Of a DNA stretch of 64,000 nucleotides, positions 1 to 10,277 are shown one piece after another (the first letter of the stretch is position 1; every line of letters begins with the position of its first letter). The notes under the pieces are model-generated. The model was not told the origin of the DNA. It searched no databases and saw only the letters and a program-made list of their open reading frames with translations. Source of the stretch: an uncultured Acidobacteriota bacterium (lineage in GTDB: Bacteria > Acidobacteriota > Thermoanaerobaculia > UBA5066 > DATFVB01); the NCBI GenBank assembly GCA_963813155.1, contig CAWEYG010000001.1, positions 1 through 64,000 of the forward strand, read 5' to 3'. The position numbers and the translations under genes are program-made.

Positions 1-308
1 GAACGATTCAGCCCCGTCAGAGGACCGCCGGCGCCCCGCTCCCAGAGCTCGACGGCGTCGGAGGAAAAGAAGTATTCGCATCCCGCGAGGACGGCCGGCG
101 TCCCGCCGAGAAGCGCGTTGAGACGAACGACCAACTCGTCCCGCTTTCGGGGATCTTCGTTCATCCACGGCTCCCGAAGAACGTGCGGGGTCGCCACGAT
201 CGTCGACGTCCCCTCGGCCGCGGCGGCCCGGCAGAGGGAAACGGCTTCGTCCCAATCGCCCGGGCCGTCGTCAATCCCGGGCAGACAATGAAAATGGACG
301 TCGATCAA
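1..308 (-). CDS. PHP-family tyrosine-protein phosphatase (CpsB/CapC type), 3'-partial
   Basis: Manual translation from TTG at 308 gives MIDVHFHCLPGIDDGP...IVATPH, the PHP metal motifs; lies directly downstream of the Wzc-like gene. Confidence 0.88.
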   Translation of the reverse strand, partial: MIDVHFHCLPGIDDGPGDWDEAVSLCRAAAAEGTSTIVATPHVLREPWMNEDPRKRDELVVRLNALLGGTPAVLAGCEYFFSSDAVELWERGAGGPLTGLNR

Positions 309-2596
309 CTCTTTCGGGAGGCGCCGCGCCCGCAAGGGGTTTGCCCGCGGGCTCCTCTCCGTAGCCGTACGCTCCGTAGCTGTACTGCCCGGCATACTTT
401 CCGCCCGGCTGTACTTCCAGATTGTTGATCAGGACGCCGAGGATTCGCACGCCGCTTCGCTGGAGCTTGTCGCGCATCCGGCGAACCTGCTCGCGCGCCG
501 TCTTTCCGCCTCGGACGCACAACACGACGCCGTCGGTCTGATGGCCGATGACGATCGCGTCGGCGACCGGCAGCACGGGAGGCGTGTCGATGATCACGAA
601 GTCGAACGTCACCGCGGCGCGAGCGAGAAACTCCGTCATGGCGGGAGAGGAGAGAAGGCCGGAGGGGTTCGGCGAAATCGGTCCCGCGGGCAAAATGTAG
701 ACGTCGGGAATCGACGTCTTCACGATGACCGAAGAAGGATCCACGTTCTCCGCGAGCACGGAGACGAGGCCGGCGCGATTCGAGACGCGGAAGATCTCGT
801 GCGCCCTCGGCTTGTGGAGATCGGCGTCGACGAGCAGAACCCTCTTGCCGAGCTGCCCGAAAGCGACGGCGAGATTCGCGGACGTCACCGACTTCCCCTC
901 CCGTGGGAGGCACGACGTCACCGTGATCGACTTGACGCCGCCGGCTCGCGAGAGAAGGAGGGCGGTTCGCACGGCGCGGTACGCCTCCGCCACCGTGGAA
1001 CGAGGTTGTGTGTGCGGAATGAGCTCGATGGTGGGCCCGTCGCCCTGAGCATCGGCCCTTTTCGGGCCTTGAGGGACCTTCGCCGCGCCCCATAACCGTA
1101 ACCGTAGCCGTACGCCTTGGTCGATTCGACGCCAACCGAGGGAATGACGCCGAGCGCGGGAAGTTTCAGGAAGTTCTCGACCTGCTCGATCGTTCGGAGG
1201 CTCCGATCCAGGTACTCCAGGAAGAAACACAGGGCCAGACCAACCACGATCCCCATGAAGAGCCCCTGAGACGTGTTGTGGCGATACGACGGTGAGAACC
1301 GATACGTCGGCTTCAAGGCGGGATCGACGATCCGAACGGGCGTGACCCTCTCCCCCGTCGTCCGAGAGATCATCTCCATCTCGGTCTGCTTCTTGAGAAG
1401 CGCGTCCAGCAGGTTTCGCTTCGTGTCGACCTCGACGCGAAGGTTGTTGTATTCGATCGAGCTGGAGGTGAACTGAACGGCCTGCTGCCGCTGCGCGCGC
1501 ACGGCCGTCGTGAACCCCTCTTCGCGCCGGACCGCCGTCAGGTAGTCCGTTTTCGCCGCGTCGCGAGCTTTTTCCGCGGCGTCCTTCGTGACCGCGGACA
1601 GATGTTGCTTCCCCTTGTCGATCTCGGTCTTGAGCTGGCGCATGGCGGGCCAGTCGGGCTTGAAGACGTTCAGCTTCTCGGCGTACTCGCGCTCGATCTT
1701 CGCCTGATCGGTCCGCAGCTGGGCAATCAGAGGGTTGTTCGCCGCGTCCGCGAGCGTGCTGTCGGCGGCGTTTCGCGCCTCGTCGTAGCGGGCCTGCTTC
1801 GAAATCCGATCCGCGACGGCGGCCGCGTACTCGTTCTTCATCGAATCGGTTCCCTGAAGCGTGCTGACGATCTGGGAATCCGTACCGCCGAAGTTCTTCG
1901 GACCGCCGAACTGAAAGAGCTCCTTCTGTTTCGTTTCCAGCTCGCTGCGCAGCTGCTCGATCTGCGTGGACAGGTATTGCGATGCCTGGCCGATCGCGCG
2001 GTACTTCGATTCGGCGGTCCAGTCGATGTACGCCTCCGAGATTGCGTTCGCGACGTCCGCCGCCCGTTTCGGATTGGAATCGACGTAGGAAAGCTCGACG
2101 AGGTTCGTGTCCTTGATCTGGTTGACGGCGATGCCGCCCTGAATGCCGAGGGCCGCCCCCGTGATCGCATCGTCCGTGGTGCGCCCCTGGTCCGCCGCCG
2201 GCTTTCCCTTGAGGAGGCCGCTGACCTTCGGATTCAGAGTCCGGTCGGCGACGAGGTTGAGGCGTTGCCGCCGCCCGCTCCGCCATTTCCCGGCTCGTGA
2301 GGAGCCGGAGCTGGGTGGGAAGATAGTCGGGGTTGTACGAAAAGAACATCTGCGCTGTCGACCCCACGTCGAGCGGGTTGCCGCGGTCCTGCTCGATGTC
2401 GAGCACGGCCGTCGCGCGGTAGCTGGGAGGCGTCAGAATCGTGTTCAGCACGGCCCAGCCGAGGAAGACGAACGACGCAGGCGATGACGAGTTTCCATCG
2501 CTTGACGACGACCTGCCAGTACTCCGCGAGGTTGAACCCGGAGCCGGTTTCCTCCGCTGCGGCGGATTCCGGGGAGCCGAAAGTCTCGTCCGACAT
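271..2596 (-). CDS. wzc: Polysaccharide co-polymerase / tyrosine autokinase (Wzc), frameshifted
   Basis: N-terminal LAEYWQVVVKRWKL, coiled-coil periplasmic part, Walker A SCLPREGKS, LLVDADL, IIDTPP, C-terminal Tyr cluster; split over several frames. Confidence 0.9.
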
Positions 2597-3434
2597 CAGA
2601 AGAACGACTCCTTGATCATGACGATATCCTCCGGCTGAAGCGTGACGTCCGGATCCTTTCCCGAGAGGATTCTCGCGTAATTGACCTTGATCTCGATGAC
2701 CTTGCCGTCGGGCTGCTTTCGCTTGATTCGAAGGGTGTGGGACGCCCGGTCGGTCAACCCTCCCGCCTTCACGATCACTTTGAGCAGCGAGATCGGCTCG
2801 TCGCTGTCCATGGAGACGGGCCCGTTGTTCTTCACGTCGCCCAGGCAATACACCGTCACGGTCGAACGCGCCGGAACGTTGATCGAGTCGCCGGACACGA
2901 TCGGAACGTTCCATTTCGGATCGAAGCTGCGATAGAGCTGATCGGTCGTGATCGTCAGCGTGTCGGAAAGGCTGTTGTCGGCCCGGCGAAAGATCTGGAT
3001 CTTCTTGCCGGCGTTCTCGGCAAGGCCTCCCGCTGCAGTGATCGCCTCGATGAGGTTCCACCGGCCGCCTCCGAGATTGCCGGCGTGACTGACAGCCCCG
3101 AGAATCGTGATCGGCTTGTTCGAAAATTCCTTGACGCTCACCGACACATCGGCTCGATTGACGTATTTCGCGGTAAGCATCGCCTCCAGCCGGTCGCGCA
3201 CGTCACCCGCCGAGAGGCCGGCGACAGGGAAAGTCTCCGATCATCGGGAAGGTCGATCTTGCCGTCGCCGGAGACGCGGCGCTCCACGTTGAGTTCAGGG
3301 ATCTGCAGGACATGAATCTCCAGAAGATCTCGTGGCCCGATCCGATATTCAACGGCGTCCTGCGCCCGGACCAGCCGGGCTCCGGCGATCGCCGCGACGA
3401 AGACAGCGAAGTGCAAAACGGCCTTCTGTCTCAC
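2596..3434 (-). CDS. Polysaccharide biosynthesis/export protein (Wza-like, SLBB domains), frameshifted
   Basis: YRIGPRDLLEIHV...VSGDGKIDLP, LIEAITAAGGL, LQPEDIVMIKESFF; stop overlaps the wzc start. Confidence 0.88.
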
Positions 3435-4733
3435 GGAGTTCCTGCCTTGATCGCCACTCCCGACGCCAGTTGCAGGTTGAAGCCGCCCGTCGATCCGGAG
3501 GATGTTCCGGGAAAACCCGGGGACATTCGAGACGTACCGGGTCTCGAAACGCGTCAAGGCGAACGAAACCCGTCGGACGACGTCGAAGGAAACTCCTCCC
3601 CCGTAAGTCGTCACCTTGTCCCGGCGGCGCTCGACCGACGGTCGGATCGACGCGGATACTGATTCGTGCCGAGCTCCCCGAAACCGTGAAGAGAGACGCG
3701 GTCTCCCAAGCCCAACGCTGATACTCGCTCCGCTCATGTTCTCGAAATAATACGGCGCAAACAGGCTGTATTGCGTCTCTCGATGCCCGTAAACTTGAAA
3801 GCCGAGACGCGGAGTCGCCTTCCAACCGACGGCATACGAGCCGGTTCCGGTCCTGTAAGAGGGAAATCCGGAGCCTCGATAGGGCGTCCCTTCCCGATAG
3901 CCGCCGGAAAGATGAACGGTCAGGAGCGGCCCATCCAGCCCGACGCCGAGGAGATACCCGGTCGTCTCGCTGGCCCCGAGGGAGGAGGAATCGACGAAGG
4001 TCGCGCGGGTCTTTTCGGCCTGGGCGTCGAGCGAAAAATACGTCGAAAACCGGTATCGAAACCCTCCCCGGGCAGCTTCTTCCGTCCGATCCAGTTGCTG
4101 CGGGGGCGGGACGAGACCCGGAGGAAGCGCCGGGCTTTCCTCGAAGCGATACCGATTCGCAGCTGCGCTTCCCACGAGCAGGACGTGCCCCGTCAGCTGA
4201 AGTTCGAGATCTGCAGACCCTGAAATCGAGCTCTGGAGGACGCGCTGGTCGGTCTCCGAGTTCAGCGTCGTGCTCGTCCGAGTCGAGTTTCCGCCCAGCT
4301 GCACCGTGAGGCGGTTGAAGAGCAGGAGAAGTGCATTGTTCGCCGTCCAGCCAAATCTTCGAGCATCCGGAGTACCGCGCGTACCAGATATAGCTCGGCA
4401 GCGCAGTCCCTCGAAGGTAGACCTTCGGCCCGAACCGAACGAGCCATTGCGGTGCCGAGACCGACCGTGGCGGTGTAATCCGACTTTTCGACGGGCGAGG
4501 TCCCGAAGATGTTGCTGACGTAGCCCGCGTCGTGAGCGTGAGCTGAGGAATCAGAGTAGACGGGCCCCAGCACGAATCGGCTGCTCGCTCATCTGACCGT
4601 CGATGTCTTCGCGAATCGGGAGCTGCCGATCGCGCGGCACTTCGCTGCCCGTGACCTGCGCGCTCGCGATGGAGGAAGAAGAGAGAGGAAGAAGGGAAAC
4701 CGCCAGGATGCCGGTGGGGAGCCTCAATTCCAA
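3431..4733 (-). CDS. Outer membrane beta-barrel protein of the polysaccharide locus, frameshifted
   Basis: Signal peptide, GYVSNIF motif, alternating aromatic/polar beta strands; GTGA overlap with the Wza-like gene. Confidence 0.65.
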
Positions 4734-4750
4734 AAGTGAGGAGTCGCGCC

Positions 4751-5521
4751 CTACGGCCGGAACGGAGAAACCGGTTTGCCTCCGCCGCCGCCGTGGTTGT
4801 TGTTGTAGATGACGACTCCTCCGCCGAGCGCCGCCGCTCCTGCGACCCACTCGATCGGAAGAATCCCGCAGGCGCACTTGCGGCACTCTTCGTTCGCCTT
4901 GAGGTCACCGGCGGAGGTGATGAAACTGACGATCCCGTCGCAGAGGAACCCCGGGGGAACGGCCGACTGGCGATCGCCAGTGAGCCCTTCGACAAGGTTC
5001 TTCGCATATTTCTTTTCGTCGTTCGAAAGCTCGGGGACAGGGCAGTCGGGCTTCACCGGCACGGTCATCGGAGGAGAGACGGTCTGGTGCCCCTCCGAGT
5101 CCCGCACTTCGACGTAATAGATGACGCTCGTCGTGCCCGGAGCCACCTTCGGAAGCATGCTCCAGTACATGTCGCCGTCGCCCTTCTTCATTTCGTGGAA
5201 GTGATCGCCCCCGTGGTACGGCGGATGGAAATAGACCTGGCCTTTCGGATCCTTGAAGAAGGAATCCTGCTCGTCCTTCTTCAATCCGCGGCCCTGCGCC
5301 GCGTGGAAGAAGAGGTCGCCGTCGGCGTGGAAGTACACGCGGACCGAAGTCGGCGTGCCGGCGTTTTCGATCAGCGCCGAGATCTTCGCGTTGGTGTCCT
5401 TTTCGACGGGGGGAACGCAGTCGAGAGGCGTCACGGTGATCTTCGGAACGTCCTGGCTGCGCGCAACCCCGGCGGACAGGGACACGATCATCGCTACGAG
5501 AGCACAAATGTGTTTATTCAT
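4751..5521 (-). CDS. Secreted hypothetical protein with His/Cys motifs and a C-terminal hydrophobic tail
   Basis: Signal peptide, strong coding bias, ends WVAGAAALGGGVVIYNNNHGGGGGKPVSPFRP. Confidence 0.75.
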   Translation of the reverse strand: MNKHICALVAMIVSLSAGVARSQDVPKITVTPLDCVPPVEKDTNAKISALIENAGTPTSVRVYFHADGDLFFHAAQGRGLKKDEQDSFFKDPKGQVYFHPPYHGGDHFHEMKKGDGDMYWSMLPKVAPGTTSVIYYVEVRDSEGHQTVSPPMTVPVKPDCPVPELSNDEKKYAKNLVEGLTGDRQSAVPPGFLCDGIVSFITSAGDLKANEECRKCACGILPIEWVAGAAALGGGVVIYNNNHGGGGGKPVSPFRP

Positions 5522-5602
5522 GACTTACCGGCTGGAAGTATAGCCGCTGCCGCACCCCGAGGCAAGCCGGATCGCCGAAGGGCGGGCTCCCGCCCGAACC
5601 TC

Positions 5603-7140
5603 TCACGGCCCGAGGATCTTCTTCGTGTAGAACTGGGTATACGGGGTGGAAGCGATTCGCGGAAGTGCCCGTTGAAGGAAGGGCTTCGCCCGGTCCGGAT
5701 CCCCTGTCTCATAGATGACAACGGCCGCGTAGAACATGTAGGGCTCCTCCCCGTCGCGGAACGGCGAGAGGGTGGAAAGCTGGGCCGCGGCGATTTTCCA
5801 GTCCTTGGCCAGGCAGGCGGCCTCGAGGAGCCCCAGGCGGACCTCCCTCCGGTTTGGCCAGGAAGGAACGAGAGCGAGCAGCTGTTTCTCGGCCTCCGCG
5901 GGCTTGCCCGAAATGATGAGCTGCCGGACTTCCGGAAGTCCCGGAACGGGCTGGTCCGGCGGAGGCGTTTGCGGGGCCGAGGGGGCGCTTGGAGCGGGCG
6001 GCGCGGGAGTTTGAGGAGGCGGCTGAGCCGCCGGAGGCGGCGGAGCGGGCGCGGCGGGCGGCGGCGCGATCGGTGGCGGCGCAGCAGCTGCCCGGGCTTG
6101 AAGCACCGCCTGACGAATCGCTTCCCGCTCGGACTCTTTCTGAGCGCGCGCCGTCTCTTTCGCCAGCCGATCCCTCGCGCGGCTGACGTCTTTGCGCTTG
6201 ATCGACGTCTCGGAAAGCCGCGGGAGAAGCGGCTGCGCGGCGTCCCAATCCTTGAGAGCCACGTCGCACACGAAAAGGTCTGCGACGAGCTCGGGATCGG
6301 CGTTGAGACGTTCCGGCGGCAGCGCCGCGAGGTCGGCGCGGGCTTTCTCGTAATCGGAGCGCGCAGCCAGCTCGTGCCCACGAAGCGCGAGCGCGTCCGG
6401 ATTTCCGGGCGAGGCCTCCAGCGCGCGCCCGGCCCATCTCAAGACCTCTTTCCCCCTGTGGCGCGCAGCGCCGAGGTTTGCCATCTCCAATTGCAATGCC
6501 GCGTTCTGCGGCTCCCGTTCGGCCTGAGCCTGCAGCGCTTTCTCTTTCTGCGCCGGAGACAGCTCTTCGGGATTCCGCTCCGGTGTTCGCTCTGGCGGCT
6601 GGGCCGGTTTCTGATCGGACGTCGTCTCCGGCTTGCGCTCCGCCGTCTGATTCGGTCTCTCTTCGGGCGTCACCTCCGGCTTGCGGTCAGCCAGTTTCTC
6701 CGGCTTCTGCTCCGGCGACTGCGCCTCCAGGGCAAGCGAGGGAATCGAACGCAGAGTCGCCTCGGGAATCGTCTTGACGAGAAGGCCTTCGAAGTCTTTT
6801 CGAGTCTCCGGCTCGAGCGCCGCCCTGGCGTAGGCCGGAAACCGCCGCTCGACCTCCAGAAAACGCGAAAGCGTCTGCCTCAATTCATCCGGTTGTTTCG
6901 CCGCCGATTCGGCGAGGGCGAGCCGCGCGAGCCCCTGGGAGAGAAGCAGCGGGTTGATCGAGAAAGCCGAAGCAGGCGATGCGGAACTCGTTGATCGCAT
7001 CGTCGAACCGACTTGGCCTGGACCGCAACCTTACCCGCGTCGAGGCGATCCGTGTAAAAATCCTGGGCGCGGAGCCGCGGCGCGAGCGCCGCGAGAAAGA
7101 CGAGAAGGACGAAACGGATGAGGCGTTGACGAGCGGTCAT
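5603..7140 (-). CDS. Exported TPR protein with Pro-rich linkers, frameshifted near the N-terminus
   Basis: Signal peptide MTARQRLIRFVLLVFLAALAPRLRA, TPR-like helices, PAPP linker. Confidence 0.7.
6560..6720 (-). repeat. Degenerate 24-nt / 8-aa tandem repeat inside the TPR gene
   Basis: PEQKPEKL-ADRKPEVT-PEERPNQT-AERKPETT-SDQKPAQP-PERTPERN. Confidence 0.6.
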
Positions 7141-8530
7141 CGGGAGAACGACCTCTCGGGGCGGGTCGGGTTCGCGATCCTGCTCGCCTTCGCGGCGAGC
7201 GCCCCGTTCCCGTACGGCGCTGTTCTGCCCGCGGGGGAGCTGAGGATCGAGATCGCGGCGTTCGGCTGCCTCGGCCTCGCCCTTCTTTCGCGCCCGCGCC
7301 GAGGCTGGCTCGCCGGGGCCGCGCTCCCCGCGGTCGCTGCCGCGGCAATCGCGGCGGTCGGCCTCTTCCAGCTGATTCCGCTTCCGCAAGCGACGCTCGC
7401 CCGCGTTTCTCCCATCAGCTCGAAAATCTACCACGAGACCGCCGAAGTCCTGCGCACGGCCGGGACCCCGGCGCCGCCACCGAGGATCTCGATCGCGCCG
7501 ACGGACACCGCGCGGACGATCCTGCTCACCCTCGCCTACGTTGCCCTCTTTCTCGCGGCCGCGATCCTTCTGCGCTCGCGAACCCGCCGCCGCATTCTCG
7601 CCGCCGTGGTGGCCGCGAGCGCGGTGCATTCAGATGGGGGCCGCAGCCGTGTCAGCCGGTGTAGAGGATCGGCTCCACGGGCCATTCATCAATCCGGACC
7701 ATTTCGCCGCCTACCTCGAAATCTCTCTCGCCCTCGCCTTCGGGGTGATCTGGCGGGAAGTTCTGACGGGCGGAGACGGAATCCCGGAAACGGAGGAGAG
7801 CGCGCGGGTGGAAAGGAGGATCCTTCGAATGGGTGGATGGATTCTCCTCTGGGGATTCGTGGGAAGCGGAATCGTTCTCACCCGGTCGCGCGGGGGCGTC
7901 CTCGCGACCGTTCTCTCGACGCTTGCGCTCGTCGCAATCGGATTTGCGAGCCGCCGGAAGAGACGGCGGCTCCGGACGACGATTGCCGCCGCGATCGCGC
8001 TCCTGCTGGGACTCGCTTTTGTCGCCGTCGCGACGAAAAAAGAGGCGATCCTTCGCTTCCTCGCGTCGGACCCGCGGGACATGGGCGCCGACCTGCGCGT
8101 CGGGATCTGGAGAACGTCCCTCGAAACGGCGAAGGCATTTCCCCTTTTCGGATCGGGGCTCGGAAGCTTTCGCGAAGCGTTCCGGCGATTTCAGCCGCGC
8201 GGGATGGAAGGGCTCGTCGAGCAGGCCCATTGCGACGCGCTCCAGCTGTTCGTGACGGAGGGCTGGATTGGCCTGATTCTCGGGATCGTGCTCGTCGCGT
8301 CGCTCTTCGCGGCTCTCGGTCGCGCGCTCGCTCGCCAGCGCCATCGCGAGGAGAACGCCTTCGTCCTCGCGGGCATCGGCGCGCTCCTCTCGCTCGTCCT
8401 TCATGGACTCGTGGACTTCAACATGTCGATCCCGGCGATTCCGGCGACGCTGGCCGCCGTGCTCGGCGCGGCGTGGGCGGCAGGAAGGGACGAGCGCGTT
8501 CGTCGCGCGGGGATTCCCTCCGAGACGTGA
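7126..8530 (+). CDS. O-antigen ligase / Wzy_C family membrane protein, frameshifted
   Basis: GPFINPDHFAAYL, LTRSRGG, FPLFGSGLGSF, AHCDALQ, HGLVDFNM motifs; start codon uncertain. Confidence 0.85.
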
Positions 8531-8601
8531 TTCGAGCGGAAGGATTGCCGTCGCGAAGCGGGTCGTGTACGATCTGCGCCAGCAGTCCGATGGAGGTTTG
8601 A

Positions 8602-9269
8602 ATGACGTTTCGCCGCGCGGTTGGAACAGCGATCCTTTCCGGCAGCCTTCTTCTTCTCGCCGCCGGCGCGCGTGCGGACTGCGAGTTGTCGCTCGGCGTC
8701 AAGGGCGGAGTCGATTGGACGAAAGCCTCGTTTTCGTCCGACACCCCCGGGCTCCGCGCGCAGGGATCCGCGCGAACCGGACCGGAGGGCGGGCATCGCT
8801 CTCAATGCCAGCTGTGCCGAGCATTTCGACATCCAGTTCGAGGCACTCTACGTCCGCCGGGAGACGAAATTCGTCCGTTCCTCAGGAGGCGAGCCTCCCG
8901 CCGATCGACTCGCTCTACAAGCTCGACTACATCGACTTCCCGCTGACGGCGATCTTCGTGCTTGCGGCCGACGACAGCCCGGTGCGCCCGATTCTTTTCG
9001 TCGGGCCCGATTTCGCGGCCCGGATCCGCGCCAAGTCGGAGAGCACGTCCGGCGGAGTCACGCGGGAGTTCGACGTCAAGAACCAGACGCGCTCGACGAT
9101 GGTTTCGATCCTCGGAGGCGCGGGCGCCCGCTTTCGCATCGGACACCGCGCCTGGTTCACGCTGGACGGCCGCTACGTCTACGGCCTGACGAACATTTCG
9201 CGCAGCGGCAGCGACTGGAAGACCCGCGACGTCCAGGTGATGGCCGGGTTCCTGTTCGGGTTGTTCTAG
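8602..9269 (+). CDS. Small outer membrane beta-barrel (PorT/porin family), frameshifted
   Basis: Signal peptide, LGVKGGVD, KLDYIDFPL, LDGRYVYGLTNI, C-terminal Phe. Confidence 0.8.
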
Positions 9270-9413
9270 AACGAGCTCGGTCCGATTCGCGGCCCAGCCC
9301 CAGCGCCTGTCTCGGCAGGTCTCCTCGACCCTCGGCCGCAGTTCGCTTTCCCTCGGGATCTCAGAGACCCGCCTGCGCAGGCGCGATAGCCCCGGCCGCG
9401 AAAGGCCCTCGTT
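9270..9413 (+). repeat. Structured intergenic hairpin element, copy A
   Basis: Nested inverted repeats; 39-nt core 9324-9362 is identical to 61758-61796. Confidence 0.85.
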
Positions 9414-9539
9414 GGCGGGCGGGTGGCGCGGGAGGAGACCCCTTTGCCGCTCGCGGCGCGGAGTCGTAGCAAAGTCCTCAAATCGCAGCGAGCGGAAAAG
9501 CGGGGCGAGTCCCGCGACAGGACCCGCTCGGTCGAGTTC

Positions 9540-10223
9540 TCATTTCGGCTCCTTGTAGACGACTCTTCCCCGCTTGTCGAAGAGCACCAGCGACGAGGCT
9601 TCGGTGTCGGCGTTCGCGCCCGAACCCGCCTCCTTGAGCGCCGTGCATCCGAGCGAGGCGCGAATCGAGCCGTCGTCGTCGAGAAATTTCAGGCTCGGAC
9701 ATCCGTCGGTCTTCACGCCCAGCTTCGACCGCGGTTTTTCCGACGAACCGGCAAGGCTCAACGCCGCTTCGCCGTCCGCCAGAATCGCGAGCGACGCCCG
9801 GGGCTTTCCCGGTTCGTCGCCCAGCTCGATCTTCGGGGAACCCGACAGCGACAGCTCCGGAGAGCCGTCCGCGGCGAGCCGCAGCGACGCCCTCGCGGAA
9901 TCGGACTTGTCGAGAAGATCGAGCCGGGGCGAGCCATCGTCTCCGACGACGAGCGCCGCCCGGGGCCGACCCGCGCTGCTGTTGAGCAGGATCGAGGCGC
10001 CGGCCCGGCCGACCGCAAGCGAGGCGCGAACGGTGCCCTTCCCGTCCACGAGCCGAAATTCGGTGGCCTCGACGAGCTTCGTCCGGGGCTTCGAGGCCGC
10101 GGCCCCGAGCCCGAACCAGGCGGCTCCGACGATTCCCGCGAGCATCGTCGCGCGCTTCCATCGGCGCGTCTGAATTTCGAGTTTCGCGATGCGTTCTTCC
10201 AGAGTCTCAGGATTGCGTTCCAT
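9540..10223 (-). CDS. Membrane-anchored hypothetical protein with ~22-aa beta repeats
   Basis: [16 protein letters not shown] coil, TM helix, recurring RA(S/A)L...DG.P.L.L.D units. Confidence 0.75.
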   Translation of the reverse strand: MERNPETLEERIAKLEIQTRRWKRATMLAGIVGAAWFGLGAAASKPRTKLVEATEFRLVDGKGTVRASLAVGRAGASILLNSSAGRPRAALVVGDDGSPRLDLLDKSDSARASLRLAADGSPELSLSGSPKIELGDEPGKPRASLAILADGEAALSLAGSSEKPRSKLGVKTDGCPSLKFLDDDGSIRASLGCTALKEAGSGANADTEASSLVLFDKRGRVVYKEPK

Positions 10224-10277
10224 GGATACGACCTCCTTTGCGATGATCTCACCATCTCCCAAGCCCCACCCCGGGAC

